A stretch of 64,000 bases of DNA from Syntrophorhabdaceae bacterium (GTDB taxonomy: Bacteria > Desulfobacterota > Syntrophorhabdia > Syntrophorhabdales > Syntrophorhabdaceae), in contig CAXXUO010000010.1 in assembly GCA_963666485.2 (NCBI GenBank), positions 67,155 through 131,154 on the forward strand, written 5' to 3'. Positions 18,632-29,333 of this stretch are shown here, one piece after another. The translations under genes and the position numbers were made by a program. The stretch's first letter is position 1. Every line of letters starts with the position of its first letter. The notes below the pieces were generated by a model. It did no database searches. It was not told the DNA's origin and saw only the letters and a program-made list of their open reading frames with translations.

Positions 18632-18778
18632 TCTTCTCGAAACCCTGGAATACGTGCCGCCGTACGTTCTGATGTTGTCTGTCGCACCGATGATACGCAT
18701 TTGTTTCAAATGTGAGACACGATCATCTGTTCCCTTCCTTTTTCCCAATAAATTCACTATATTCCTGTTATCGTTCCA

Positions 18779-18794
18779 CGGCACGCGTTTTGCT
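18779..18794 (+). promoter_or_regulatory. sigma54 -24/-12 promoter
   Basis: CGGCACGCGTTTTGCT. Confidence 0.6.
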
Positions 18795-18864
18795 CCAAAA
18801 CTTTAGAGAACAGAGCGAAAAACGCCCGGTCGGATGAGTTGTTCCCTGCAGGCGAGGACTATTT

Positions 18865-20823
18865 TTGAATATAGACCCCATTTTTATTTCTCTCATAAAC
18901 AATATCTCACTTCTCTTCGTTATGACCGTTCTGTACGGGATAGTGTTCTGGAGATGGCCGTTCGGAACGATGAACAAGGTTATCTCGGGGATAGTTTTCG
19001 GGTGTGTCGCCGTTGCCGGTATGATGATCCCCCTGCGCCTGGTGCCGGGCGTGGTTTTCGACGGGCGTTCCATCATAGTTGCCCTGGCCGGCATGACAGG
19101 GGGTTTCATCCCGGCAATCATCGCGTCCCTGATCGCAAGCGTTTGCCGGTTGTTGATGGGAAGCACGGGGGCGATCACAGGGACCCTTGTTATCCTCGCG
19201 TCCGCCTTGATAGGGGTCGCATATCATTACGTGCTCCGGCTGAGGCCCGCCGCCTCTCATCCCCTCGTGCTTTACGGGTTCGGTATCGTGGTCCACGCCG
19301 TAATGGTCCTTCTCATGCTGACACTCCCTTACCCGACGTCTATCCACGTTATCGGGAAGATCGCGGTGCCGGTCATGACCATCTACCCTGTGGGAACCTT
19401 TCTCATCGCGTTCCTGCTCCTGCAGCTCAAGGCAAAACATGAATTCGATGAAAAGCTCAAGGAGAGCGAAGAGAAATACAGGAATATTTTCGAAAATGCG
19501 GTTGAGGGTTTTTACCAGACAACACCGCAGGGGAGGTTCATCTCGGCGAACCCGGCGCAGGCACGGCTCTTCGGGTATGACTCGCCGCAGGATTTAATAC
19601 GGTCGATATCGGATATTGCGGCCCAGCATTACGTGGACCCCGAGCAGCGAAGAATATACAGGGACACCCTGGAACGCGATGGCGTCATAATGGGGTTCGA
19701 GGCGGAGCTTGTCAAAAGGGACGGCACCCCGGTGTGGGTGTCATTGAATTCGCGTGCCGTCAAGGGAGACGACGGCACGATACTTTTTCTCGAGGGGACC
19801 GCGGAAGATATAACTTCGCGAAAGAAAGCGGAAGAGGAGCTTCGAAGAAAAAAAGAGGAACTCGACAGCTATTTTACGTCGAGCCTCGATCTCCTGTGCA
19901 TTGCAAATACGAGCGGGCATTTTGTCCGCCTCAACCCGGAGTGGGAAAAGGTGCTCGGCCATTCCATAGCCGACCTGGAAGGGAGGCCTTTTCTGGACCT
20001 CGTGCATCCGGAAGATGTCGATCAGACTATCGCCGCGGTATCACAGTTGAATGCCCAGAAGCCGGTAGAAAATTTTGTGAACCGCTATCGCTGCAAGGAC
20101 GGCTCCTACCGTTGGATAGAGTGGCGGTCAAAACCCGAAGGATCGATGATCTATGCGGTCGCACGCGACATAACGGCGCGCAAGGCCACCGAAGACGCCC
20201 TGAGAACTTCCCTTAAGGACAAGGAGTTGCTGCTCAAGGAGATCCATCACCGGGTGAAGAACAACCTCATGACGATATCGAGCATTTTGAGCCTCCAGTC
20301 AGGTATGATCGAGGACCCGAAGGCGCGCGATGCGCTCGAGGTCTGCCGCAAGAGGATACAGGTCATGTCCCTCATCCACAACAAACTCTATCGCTCGACC
20401 GACCTCGCGCACATAAGCTTCAAAGAATACGCGGACGACCTCCTTGCCGACCTTTTTGTCACGCATGAAAGGCACGAGTCAGGCATTGTGATAACGAAGG
20501 ACATAGAGGATATCTCGTTCGACATCGACACGACGATACCTCTCGGCCTCATACTGAATGAACTTTTCTCGAACGCCATGAAGCACGCCTTCCGTGGAAG
20601 AACGCAGGGGACTCTCAGCATCAGCCTTCGCAGGGACGGCGACAGGCTATGCCTTACCGTCAAGGACGACGGTGCCGGCTTTCCTGAGGAGCTTGACTTT
20701 CGCAGGACCGATTCCCTCGGGTTGGAACTGGTCAATACACTTACGGAACAGCTTGACGGAGATTTAGAGCTTGAGCGGGGCAACGGTACACAAATCAGGA
20801 TCACCTTCGCGTCCCCGGGATAA
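18865..20823 (+). CDS. LytS/5TM-receptor PAS HisKA_2 histidine kinase
   Basis: PGVVFDGR TM sensor, two PAS domains, EIHHRVKNN, DDGAG. Confidence 0.92.
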   Translation: MNIDPIFISLINNISLLFVMTVLYGIVFWRWPFGTMNKVISGIVFGCVAVAGMMIPLRLVPGVVFDGRSIIVALAGMTGGFIPAIIASLIASVCRLLMGSTGAITGTLVILASALIGVAYHYVLRLRPAASHPLVLYGFGIVVHAVMVLLMLTLPYPTSIHVIGKIAVPVMTIYPVGTFLIAFLLLQLKAKHEFDEKLKESEEKYRNIFENAVEGFYQTTPQGRFISANPAQARLFGYDSPQDLIRSISDIAAQHYVDPEQRRIYRDTLERDGVIMGFEAELVKRDGTPVWVSLNSRAVKGDDGTILFLEGTAEDITSRKKAEEELRRKKEELDSYFTSSLDLLCIANTSGHFVRLNPEWEKVLGHSIADLEGRPFLDLVHPEDVDQTIAAVSQLNAQKPVENFVNRYRCKDGSYRWIEWRSKPEGSMIYAVARDITARKATEDALRTSLKDKELLLKEIHHRVKNNLMTISSILSLQSGMIEDPKARDALEVCRKRIQVMSLIHNKLYRSTDLAHISFKEYADDLLADLFVTHERHESGIVITKDIEDISFDIDTTIPLGLILNELFSNAMKHAFRGRTQGTLSISLRRDGDRLCLTVKDDGAGFPEELDFRRTDSLGLELVNTLTEQLDGDLELERGNGTQIRITFASPG

Positions 20824-20903
20824 GTATCTATAAAATGTTGTAGTTTCAAAGGGTTGAAGCAGGTATGCGTTGAAAGGCCCGCAGAGATGATTAGAATTGT
20901 GTT

Positions 20904-21194
20904 ATGACAGCAAGGGGCCTTGTATCGAGAAACGCATTAAAAATACGGCTGGTGATCGCGACCGTGGTTCTTCTTGCCGCCAGTGCCTGTGCATCGTATA
21001 ATTGCGCCTTCGATGTTGCGCACCATCCTGACCCCATCTCTATTCATGTGGAGGACGGGGTGGTGTATGGTCAGAATTACATCGCGTGTTTCCTTATCGA
21101 TGGTGTTATCCACAAAGAGTACATCCCCGAGTGTGCATACAGGTACTATTACGACCGGCAGGCCCGCAGGGCAGCAGCAGGCATGCAGCCCTGA
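20904..21194 (+). CDS. small hypothetical lipoprotein
   Basis: hydrophobic segment with ASAC lipobox. Confidence 0.55.
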   Translation: MTARGLVSRNALKIRLVIATVVLLAASACASYNCAFDVAHHPDPISIHVEDGVVYGQNYIACFLIDGVIHKEYIPECAYRYYYDRQARRAAAGMQP

Positions 21195-21220
21195 CGGATA
21201 CGGTTCCCGCAGGGCGATCG

Positions 21221-22483
21221 TCAACCACCACCCCGTTTCCTCGTTCTCTTCAGGTAATCTTCGACCACGACCCTGCCCAGGTCGCCGGGAGAGGTAAAAA
21301 AGGCCCTCCCGGAGCTGCGCCTGGCAAGCCTTGAGGCAAGATCGGCCGTGTTCCTTGTCTCGTCCAGCATAATGATGTTGACAGTAATGCCGTTCATGCC
21401 GCATCGGCGGGCCTCTGCGATGACCCCGGGGGCGGCGCGTTCATACCCCACGTAATTGCCGTTCTCGGTGTTCGGGGCCATATCGGTTATCACGTAAACC
21501 TGTTTTTCCCCGGTGAATGACCGTGTATCGTTCCTGAACTTTTTCAGGGCGGCAGCTATGTCCGTTACCGTGCCGGAGAATTCGTGATCATGCACCTGCC
21601 AGTACGGGATCTCCCGGACTGTTTGCGAAAAGACGTATATCTTGAGGATATCGCTCCCCGTTTTGCGGATCACCTCCGCCAGGGCGAGGCAGACGTCCCG
21701 GGCGGCCCTGAGCTTGTCCCCCTTCATGCTGCCGCTCGCATCGATCATGAGCCCGTTCGCTATACGGGAGCTGACAATGTTCTCCCGGATGCGGACATCC
21801 TTCCCGGCGAACCTGACGGGAAAAGCCCGTTCTCTCTCGAGCGCGGCGAGGAGCGTCGCCTCGGCATCGATGCGTGAGAGGTCATCCCCGAATTCATACC
21901 TTCGCGACGTGAACCCTTCACTCGTCCCGAACCCCTCTTCGCCCGTGGGGTTCATGCCCGGCATGCCGGGGCTGATAGTGCGAAGTATTGTCTTGAGAAT
22001 GTAGCCGGCGAGGCGCTTCGAACCCCGCGGCGTGAAGCGGTATGTGCCTTCGAGCACATCGATAAGCCCGGCATCCGCGAACGCCTTCAGGGCATCGATA
22101 ACATCTCTTTCCTCGACCACGCTGCGGGACATATCCCCATCGGCAACACGCTCTTCAAGGGAATAGCGGGAATCGCTGCCGAGATAACCGTCGACGAGCG
22201 CCCTGGTGTCGCCGCCATGCGCCAGCACGTCGAGAATATTGTCGAAGAGGTCGTCCCGCATCCGGGAAAGACTCGCGCGGCCGCCTCCCGATATGCGCGC
22301 GCTTTCCTGCCTGCGGCGGCGCGCAATGTCCCGGACCTGTTCGAAAAAACCATCGGCCTGGTGTCCTGCAAGCCCGGCAAGGGTTCGTGCGTCACGTGCC
22401 GGCATGTGGGCCATGTCGTAGAGTGCGCGGTTAAGGTGATCGTCAGGACGGGTGCACAGGCTGCAGCGGCCGGGCAGGTTCAT
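21221..22483 (-). CDS. VWA domain protein
   Basis: MIDAS DASGSM, T and ITD residues; RRYEFGD motif. Confidence 0.85.
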   Translation of the reverse strand: MNLPGRCSLCTRPDDHLNRALYDMAHMPARDARTLAGLAGHQADGFFEQVRDIARRRRQESARISGGGRASLSRMRDDLFDNILDVLAHGGDTRALVDGYLGSDSRYSLEERVADGDMSRSVVEERDVIDALKAFADAGLIDVLEGTYRFTPRGSKRLAGYILKTILRTISPGMPGMNPTGEEGFGTSEGFTSRRYEFGDDLSRIDAEATLLAALERERAFPVRFAGKDVRIRENIVSSRIANGLMIDASGSMKGDKLRAARDVCLALAEVIRKTGSDILKIYVFSQTVREIPYWQVHDHEFSGTVTDIAAALKKFRNDTRSFTGEKQVYVITDMAPNTENGNYVGYERAAPGVIAEARRCGMNGITVNIIMLDETRNTADLASRLARRSSGRAFFTSPGDLGRVVVEDYLKRTRKRGGG

Positions 22484-24006
22484 GGAAGGCCCTGTGTCCA
22501 GGATATTTCCCGCGGTATGTACATGTTTGTATCCCCGGCTTCAAGCGTACCGGACACGATGAGGATATTCGCGATGAATTCCGCGCAGGTATTCACGTAC
22601 TGGCCGCGGATATCGCTGTCACGTCCCGCGAGTTCTTCGATTCGCGTATCATGCAGGAATCTGCCCGGGTCGGCCGGGGACCGGCTTAAGCCTGCGATAA
22701 TGTCCCGGGTCACCGGGGCGTTCTGCATGATGGCGTCCGGCCGGGCGTCGCGGGGCAGGCGCAGGATGCCCGCAAGCTCCGGGGCTGTGCGGGCGCCGTC
22801 CCATGATGGCGCCAACTCCTGCGCCATCGAGATGAGCGCGGTGCGCAAAAGATCGCCGGAGATCTCATCCACCCGACGATACGTTCCTGCCGGGTCGTCG
22901 ATCTCGACGAGGTCGTCCCTGAGATGGACCCTCCCGCGCAGGGCCAGCCTCACGCCGTGCGCGGCATCCTCTATATTGGCTATCCGGGCGCTGCGCATGC
23001 ATGCCGTTGAAAGCGTGTGGTCAAGGGCCCGCATGGTGCCGCGTATGCTGGAGGCCCGTTCAAGCCAACGGCAGGCCCGGCTTTGCCGGACCGCGCGATT
23101 GATCATCGTGAGAAGCCACCAGGGGGCGAGCGGCAGCGTGTCATCGACCGGGTCTTCCCGGGGGATCTCGACGGACGGTGCGGATATACGGGAGGGATCA
23201 TGTCCCGGCCGGTCGCGCCCACTCATCATGATGCCGAGTTCGACGCCTTCATCGGGCAGATCGAGGTAGATGGTTTCCAGCCTGTCGACGAGCGGCCTCG
23301 GGACCTCGTTCACGTGCGAAAAGCCCTCGGGGTTCCCCGTGGCAACGACGCACAGGTCGAGGGGATACTCCCAGCCGTACTCTTCGAGGACCGTTTTGCC
23401 TTCTTCGAGGACAGGATGAAGCAGGACCTGTACCTTTGTCCGGATGGCGGGCAGTTCATCGATGAAAAGTAGGCCCCTGTTTGCGCGGAAAACGCCCGTT
23501 CCGGTAAATGTCCGCGGGTCACCGGGGCTCATCCCCGACGCGATAGCCCCTATGTCCTTGAGGCCCAGAAGCTTCGCTTCGTTCGTATACTCGTTCCCCT
23601 GTATTCGCGAGAAACGTTCGGAGCCCGATATCCACTCGATACCGAACTCTTTCACCGGGTCGTCGACCGAAGAACATCGCGGACACAACCTTTCCTTGTG
23701 CCACAGGGGGTCGTCATTGTACGGGCATCCCGCTATACGCGGGACGGGCGGGAGGAGGCTGATGATGGACCTCACGAGCCGTGTCTTCCCGGTGCCTTCT
23801 TCCGACACGAGGTAGGGATGGGACCCGGAAAGAAGGGCGCGGATAACATCATCTTTGGCTTCCTTGCGTCCCTGAATGAGAGGGATGACGTCCTCTCCCC
23901 TTTTCATTCGCGCAAGAATGGCGTATCTTAATTGCTGGAATACGGAGAAGGAACGGTGCCTTTCCATGAGTTCGCCGGCAACGGTATCGGGGTATGTGAG
24001 GGCCAT
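22480..24006 (-). CDS. AAA+ ATPase, Mg-chelatase ChlI/MoxR-like
   Basis: EEGTGKT, CPYNDDP, ANRGLLFIDE, ATGNP, LVDR; 4-bp overlap with VWA gene. Confidence 0.88.
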   Translation of the reverse strand: MALTYPDTVAGELMERHRSFSVFQQLRYAILARMKRGEDVIPLIQGRKEAKDDVIRALLSGSHPYLVSEEGTGKTRLVRSIISLLPPVPRIAGCPYNDDPLWHKERLCPRCSSVDDPVKEFGIEWISGSERFSRIQGNEYTNEAKLLGLKDIGAIASGMSPGDPRTFTGTGVFRANRGLLFIDELPAIRTKVQVLLHPVLEEGKTVLEEYGWEYPLDLCVVATGNPEGFSHVNEVPRPLVDRLETIYLDLPDEGVELGIMMSGRDRPGHDPSRISAPSVEIPREDPVDDTLPLAPWWLLTMINRAVRQSRACRWLERASSIRGTMRALDHTLSTACMRSARIANIEDAAHGVRLALRGRVHLRDDLVEIDDPAGTYRRVDEISGDLLRTALISMAQELAPSWDGARTAPELAGILRLPRDARPDAIMQNAPVTRDIIAGLSRSPADPGRFLHDTRIEELAGRDSDIRGQYVNTCAEFIANILIVSGTLEAGDTNMYIPREISWTQGLP

Positions 24007-24056
24007 ATCGTAAAGTACTCGTATATAATAACGGAAGAAAGACAGGTAATCAATCG

Positions 24057-24761
24057 GTGAGCACAGTTGCGGAACTTCTCGCCATGCCGGCAGTCCCCGC
24101 GATCATGACCGCCCTTGTCGCGTCCCCGTCCGGCGTGGAAGAGGCCTCGATCGTTACCGGGGGAGGGCCTGAAAATCTCGAAAATGCGCTCGCCGCATTG
24201 GCCCGGCATGGTTTTGTCACCCGCCATTCGGGGCGGGTCTTCCTGCCCCCCGGCGGCGACGCACTGGACAAAGCGCTCAAGGTGCTCGCTGTTTTTGAGG
24301 AGCTCAGGTCCTTCGCGGAAATATCATTCATGGTCCGCGGCGTCCTCGGGGCCACCGAATATTTCGAATGTCTCGTGCACAGGCAAACTTTGATATCCCT
24401 GCTCACCGGGGAAAATGTCGGGCGGGAGATGCTTGAGAACGTGCTTGCCGCCGAACAAAAACAGGGATACGTTGAAGAACTGGATATTGCATATCACACG
24501 CGCGGGAACCTGAGAGAGAAGTTTTTCCCGTACATTCCCCGCCATCACTATGAGGATTTTGTCTTCATGCATTCACGGGCAGCAGGGGCCGCCGCCGATG
24601 AGGCGGACAGCAGCCTTGTGCATGAGCGTTACCTGCTCAGCCGCCACCCGGCCTCACTTGCAGAGCAGGCGCGGCAGTACATGAGGGAAAAGAAGCCCCA
24701 TATCCTGGACAGGGTCCGGAATGAGGCCTTTGATATTATCTGGTGGTTTGACCGGTACTGA
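24057..24761 (+). CDS. hypothetical protein
   Basis: 234-aa ORF filling the gap, divergent from the ATPase gene. Confidence 0.7.
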   Translation: MSTVAELLAMPAVPAIMTALVASPSGVEEASIVTGGGPENLENALAALARHGFVTRHSGRVFLPPGGDALDKALKVLAVFEELRSFAEISFMVRGVLGATEYFECLVHRQTLISLLTGENVGREMLENVLAAEQKQGYVEELDIAYHTRGNLREKFFPYIPRHHYEDFVFMHSRAAGAAADEADSSLVHERYLLSRHPASLAEQARQYMREKKPHILDRVRNEAFDIIWWFDRY

Positions 24762-24767
24762 GGAACG

Positions 24768-25097
24768 TTATTTTTTGTTGTAGACGATGACGCGGCCGTC
24801 CTTATCGCGTTTTATCGTCATTTTTTTCCCTTCGAAGGATTCGATCGTATACGGGGTCTTTTTTCCATCCGAGGTTATAAGGACCAGTTTTTTGCCATCC
24901 ACCGTGTAGGTGCCTTTTACCGTTATGTCCTTCATGACGAGGACAAACGTGCCGTCGGCTTTGTGCTCGATGGTTGAAGCGATGCCGCCGAAATCATACG
25001 TCCATGTGCCCACGATGTCTTTCTTGTAGTCAGCGGCACAAGAGATTGCTGCAATGAGAAGAAAAATGATCGAAAATACGGCTGCTCTTTTTTTCAT
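24768..25097 (-). CDS. small secreted lipocalin-like protein
   Basis: signal peptide, IVGTW, GTYTVDG; AGGAG RBS. Confidence 0.75.
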   Translation of the reverse strand: MKKRAAVFSIIFLLIAAISCAADYKKDIVGTWTYDFGGIASTIEHKADGTFVLVMKDITVKGTYTVDGKKLVLITSDGKKTPYTIESFEGKKMTIKRDKDGRVIVYNKK

Positions 25098-25207
25098 CGG
25101 GTATCTCCTTCACTATAAAGTTATACGAGTTTCTGCGCATGATTATATAATCGTCCGGAAACGAGATCCCTGAAGTATTTTGTGGCGCTGCATTGACAAG
25201 GTGGGGG

Positions 25208-26068
25208 TTATTGCAGGTTTTTTGTGAATCGGGCAATTATTTCTTTTTCCTGCTTCCTGTAGGCTTCCGATTGCCTTATATGTTCAATGTTGTTCCAGAT
25301 CTGGCGCGCCAGCGACGGGTACTTCCCGGTGAACTGGAATGACAGCATAAGGTAGTAGGGTTTCTGATGGAAGGGCTTGCTGTTCACGCTGCATTTTTCG
25401 ATCCGGTTCCTGAATTCCCTGTTCTTTTTGAAAATATAATCGGCAGTGGTTGTCTGGATGGCGGCGGCGGCAAAATATTTCTTGATAAGGCCGCGGAAGA
25501 TCAGGCTGGGGTCATCGGGGACCTCGTTCACGGCCACCCCTATCTTTTTGAGGTCCTGCGTTATCGTGAATCCGGCCTGCGCCGCCACGGACCGATCACC
25601 AAGGTTGACCATTTCCGCCCCGTCCCAGCGGATACCTGTTCCTATCAATCGATAGAGGGAATACCCGGAGTTATGGATCCTCTTCGTAATATCGATGTCC
25701 GTATCCCGTGTAGATTCACTTGAGATCCCCGTTTTTGTCGGATATGCACCCATCGTGAGGCGGTCCGGCTTGAAGCTGGACCCGATAACGCCGTCGATGC
25801 TTCCTGAGCGCATCATGGCAAGACAGCGATTCCAGGGGTACGCCACGAGAGTTATCTTGATGTTCATTTTTCTTTCAAGAAGCCGGATAAGCACTATATC
25901 GAGGCCTTCCGCCTTGCCGGCGTCGTCAAAGACCCAGGGGAAGGAATTCGTGTCCTCATAGGCAAAAGTGAGGGAGGCCGGTTTTTCAGGGTCGGCCGAG
26001 GCCGCCCCGACGGACAGGAGGGTAAGAAAGGAAATGACAATGATCAGGAATATCGATCGATGATACAT
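25208..26068 (-). CDS. periplasmic substrate-binding protein (family 3-like)
   Basis: FPW, GLDI, PWNRCL, FKPDR, YYLMLS motifs; signal peptide. Confidence 0.8.
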   Translation of the reverse strand: MYHRSIFLIIVISFLTLLSVGAASADPEKPASLTFAYEDTNSFPWVFDDAGKAEGLDIVLIRLLERKMNIKITLVAYPWNRCLAMMRSGSIDGVIGSSFKPDRLTMGAYPTKTGISSESTRDTDIDITKRIHNSGYSLYRLIGTGIRWDGAEMVNLGDRSVAAQAGFTITQDLKKIGVAVNEVPDDPSLIFRGLIKKYFAAAAIQTTTADYIFKKNREFRNRIEKCSVNSKPFHQKPYYLMLSFQFTGKYPSLARQIWNNIEHIRQSEAYRKQEKEIIARFTKNLQ

Positions 26069-26191
26069 TTTTGTCCCGTTCAATGATCTTCTCAAAAATA
26101 CTGCATGTGTAAGACAAAGTCAAATATACAGTATACCGAATCTCCCTCTTCGGTTATATTCTTTGAAAGATATTGGGGTTTTTGTCAAGGA

Positions 26192-26521
26192 TCATTCCCG
26201 GTCTTCCATGATGACGAGGGCAGTCTGGCTGCCCAGGGAGAATGCCTCCTTGACCATCCCGCGGACCGTGAGTTTCTGGCCCGTTGCCGGCAATGTCTTT
26301 GATGTGATGATCGTTATCTCGCCCGTTTTGTCCTTCAACACAAAATACCTGAAGGCGATGAGAGAAAACACCTCGGTGACCTCGCCGGATACCGTCACCT
26401 CTTTTCCGGCATATCTTCTCGGATCACCCCGGATATCCCCGATCTTTGTCGGGAATAGACGGTCGCAGGATACAGATGCCAAAAAAACGAAGACAAAGAA
26501 AAAGATCGCATATTTTTTCAT
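26192..26521 (-). CDS. OB-fold lipoprotein
   Basis: SVSC lipobox; GKEVTVSGEV...LKDKTGEI. Confidence 0.75.
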   Translation of the reverse strand: MKKYAIFFFVFVFLASVSCDRLFPTKIGDIRGDPRRYAGKEVTVSGEVTEVFSLIAFRYFVLKDKTGEITIITSKTLPATGQKLTVRGMVKEAFSLGSQTALVIMEDRE

Positions 26522-26702
26522 GGTAAGCTCCGGAATATACTGGGTCTCATCATGAGGAATATAAGACGCCCGCACCTTGCCCGTCCCGGGTGGTCACTTT
26601 ATGTAGCCGGAATAAATGATATTTTGGGGATTTGCGTCAACTCGTTTCTTGAAACGAATTGCGGCGTGACATGAAACGTGCTAAAAAGTGCGGGGATACC
26701 AC

Positions 26703-27263
26703 ATGAAGATAGTGATCCGGGGCGGCAGTGTAGCGGCTGGTTACGGCGTTGAACACGGCTACGTAGACAGTATCAGGGACCATTTTGCCGGTGTCGAGGT
26801 CATCAACCGGTCGCGCTACAGGGAGACGACATTCGACGGGGTAGCCACTTTTTTCCGGGACATCGAGGCTTTCCGTCCTGATCTCCTGCTGTTCAATTTC
26901 GGGGTCGACGACGCGTTCCAGGGCATATACCGTTCAGAATTCCAGGAAAACATGGTGCAGATGATCAGGCTTGCGCGCTCGCGTTTCAACCCGGTCATCG
27001 TTCTCGCGACGTCGCAATGTTTCGAAGACCCGTACGATATGAGCGCCGCCGGGATCTTTTACAGGTCTTTAAGGATCGTATCGAGGGACCTCGGTTGCCT
27101 GTTCATCCCTGTTCACTACCATTTTGCTTCCTACCTTGAAGACAATGACCGGGAAATGAAGGACTTCGTGCAGCCGGACGCACGATATCCGAACGAAGCC
27201 GGCCACAAAGTGATCGCCGAAATAGTGATTGAAGGATTAAAAGAGGTTATCTCCCGCGCTTGA
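26703..27263 (+). CDS. SGNH/GDSL hydrolase family protein
   Basis: GGSVAAG block I, FGVDD, DARYPNEAGH (variant of DxxH). Confidence 0.75.
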   Translation: MKIVIRGGSVAAGYGVEHGYVDSIRDHFAGVEVINRSRYRETTFDGVATFFRDIEAFRPDLLLFNFGVDDAFQGIYRSEFQENMVQMIRLARSRFNPVIVLATSQCFEDPYDMSAAGIFYRSLRIVSRDLGCLFIPVHYHFASYLEDNDREMKDFVQPDARYPNEAGHKVIAEIVIEGLKEVISRA

Positions 27264-27278
27264 GCGGCTGCGGAATTA

Positions 27279-27821
27279 TTACGGGACCAGGATCGCCGCG
27301 GCTACGACCGTTGTCCATACATTCTTCTTCCCAATGGCCGTTTGCGTAATATTCCGCGTGTGAACGATCTCGTCGCTCAGCTTCCACAGGTCGAGCCGCT
27401 TATTGTAGCTTTCGTTCACGTCAAATTCCAGCCCGAGGATCGTCGCCAGCATCTGGGCCGCAATGTCTTCGGCATAATCGCCGGCGGTCTTATCGTCTTC
27501 GCCGTGGCTGTGATATTCCGACAGATAGCCGAAGCGATCACGGTCCTTCGGTATTGCGACACCGACCGAAGCTGCGACGAGCCTGTGATGTTCATTGGTT
27601 GACGCCTCAGCGAGGACTGCGTGCACGATCTGGCCGGGGATGAGGTTCTTCAACCCCTGTTTCACCGACACTATCTCGCATCGCGGGGGGAAAATGGAGG
27701 ATACCTTGACTATATTAAAAGGAGCTATCTTTGCGTTACGCAATGCGAGCTCGAAGCTGACGAGCTTTTCCTTGTTCTGTCCGACCCCTTTTGTAAGGAC
27801 AAGCTTGGTGGCAACAGACAT
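27279..27821 (-). CDS. pdaD: pyruvoyl-dependent arginine decarboxylase
   Basis: SFELALRNA, NIVKVSSIFPP self-cleavage site, GYLSEY, WTTVVAAA. Confidence 0.9.
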   Translation of the reverse strand: MSVATKLVLTKGVGQNKEKLVSFELALRNAKIAPFNIVKVSSIFPPRCEIVSVKQGLKNLIPGQIVHAVLAEASTNEHHRLVAASVGVAIPKDRDRFGYLSEYHSHGEDDKTAGDYAEDIAAQMLATILGLEFDVNESYNKRLDLWKLSDEIVHTRNITQTAIGKKNVWTTVVAAAILVP

Positions 27822-27936
27822 ATCCTCTACTCCTTTCCGTATCTTATTCATCTCCGGCAACAGGCAAGCATACCACGATATTGGTGCCGGTACAAGGCGG
27901 TGCGTTCAATTGGTGAAGACCGCCGTTGCTCACTCT

Positions 27937-28554
27937 TTATTTCTTGTCGAGCGCCTTGTTCCACGCATCGAGCTCGCTCTTGTGATCTGCCGCAAGCTTC
28001 GTGTAATCACCCTTGATCTCGATAGTCTTGATCGTGTCGCCCCTGACGATGCTGTCGACCACCTTCTGGTCTTCAGGGCCGATCACTTCACCGAAAACGG
28101 TATGCCGGTTATCGAGATGCGGCGTCGGAACGTGCGTTATAAAGAACTGGCTGCCGTTTGTCCCCGGCCCGGCGTTCGCCATAGAAAGTTTGCCCGGTTT
28201 ATCGTGCCTGAGGTCCGGGGAAAACTCATCCTTGAACCTGTAACCGGGACCGCCGGTACCGGTGCCGAGCGGACAGCCGCCCTGTATCATGAATTGCGGG
28301 ATGACCCTGTGGAAGGTGAGATTATCATAGAATCCCCTCTTTGAGAGGTTAACAAAGCTGAGCACGGTCAGGGGCGTCTGATCGGGGAAGAGGCGCAGGT
28401 TGATATCGCCTTTGCTGGTGTGTATGGTGGCAGTTAATTCCGGATAAGTTGAACTCATTTTCTTTTCTTCGCTCCCTTCTTTTGCATTAATACCGAGGCT
28501 GTATCCGGCCAGAAAAAAGACCGTCAGTATGATGAAGAATGCTTTCCTTTTCAT
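27937..28554 (-). CDS. cyclophilin-type peptidyl-prolyl isomerase
   Basis: [35 protein letters not shown]. Confidence 0.95.
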   Translation of the reverse strand: MKRKAFFIILTVFFLAGYSLGINAKEGSEEKKMSSTYPELTATIHTSKGDINLRLFPDQTPLTVLSFVNLSKRGFYDNLTFHRVIPQFMIQGGCPLGTGTGGPGYRFKDEFSPDLRHDKPGKLSMANAGPGTNGSQFFITHVPTPHLDNRHTVFGEVIGPEDQKVVDSIVRGDTIKTIEIKGDYTKLAADHKSELDAWNKALDKK

Positions 28555-28641
28555 GGCCTTCACTTTTTTTGAGTGACATTATAACGGATTTTGCCGTGAT
28601 TGCATATACCTAAAAACACGGGAAGGAAAAGGGAGGAAAAT

Positions 28642-28670
28642 AAAACCGGCAGGCCGATGCGGCCTGCCGG
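28642..28670 (-). terminator. intrinsic terminator
   Basis: CCGGCAGGCCG/CGGCCTGCCGG stem with A-run on the left. Confidence 0.7.
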
Positions 28671-28693
28671 GCATTTTCAGGTACTGTGCAAGA

Positions 28694-29134
28694 TCAAGGT
28701 TTTTTCGGCGGGGTTTTCTTGGGTGCCGCTTTAGCATCCTTCTTTGCTGCCGCGGTCTTCGCCTTGGCAACCTGCTCCTCGAGCGCCTGGTTCTTCGCCT
28801 TGAGCGAATCCAACTCGGTCTTCAAGTGGCTTACTTCGGCCTTGATCTTCCCGTTTTCTTTTGTCATCTCCGTGATCTTGGCCTCCGCAGATACCAGTTG
28901 TGTCTTTGTCTTTTTCAAGATCTCCACTTCCTGTTCAAGACCATTCGCTTTGAACATGAACATTCCGGCTGCAACCGCAAAGATGAGCGCTATCAGGCCC
29001 AGCGCCGCGGGGAGTATGGGAAAACTTTTTTTGGCGGGCTTGTTAAGGTCCGATTCCGCCTCTTCCGGGTCCTTCATTTTGGGAAATTCTTCGTCGTTTG
29101 TTATCTGTTTTCCATTTTCGTCAAAGACGGGCAT
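28694..29134 (-). CDS. membrane-anchored coiled-coil protein
   Basis: single TM then heptad repeats and K/A/P tail. Confidence 0.75.
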   Translation of the reverse strand: MPVFDENGKQITNDEEFPKMKDPEEAESDLNKPAKKSFPILPAALGLIALIFAVAAGMFMFKANGLEQEVEILKKTKTQLVSAEAKITEMTKENGKIKAEVSHLKTELDSLKAKNQALEEQVAKAKTAAAKKDAKAAPKKTPPKKP

Positions 29135-29333
29135 TTCAAGGTCCTCCCAGCTTGATGAGTTTCTTGAACCTTACCATAGAAGGTCATGAAAAACCAGAAA
29201 AAATAGGTAATGGATAATAGGTAAGGGGCAATGGGAAATACGGAAAACAGGTTTGTAACCGCTCCTTCTTTCCCCCTTACCCCTTCTTTTATCTTTTTTC
29301 CTTTTTTGCCGACAATAGATGTCAGGAGACATT

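Noticed and set aside
22217..23269. Long antisense ORFs (350 aa here; also 34965-35921, 59142-60035, 6431-7216)
   Set aside because: Shadows of well-supported genes on the opposite strand in GC-rich DNA; no motifs
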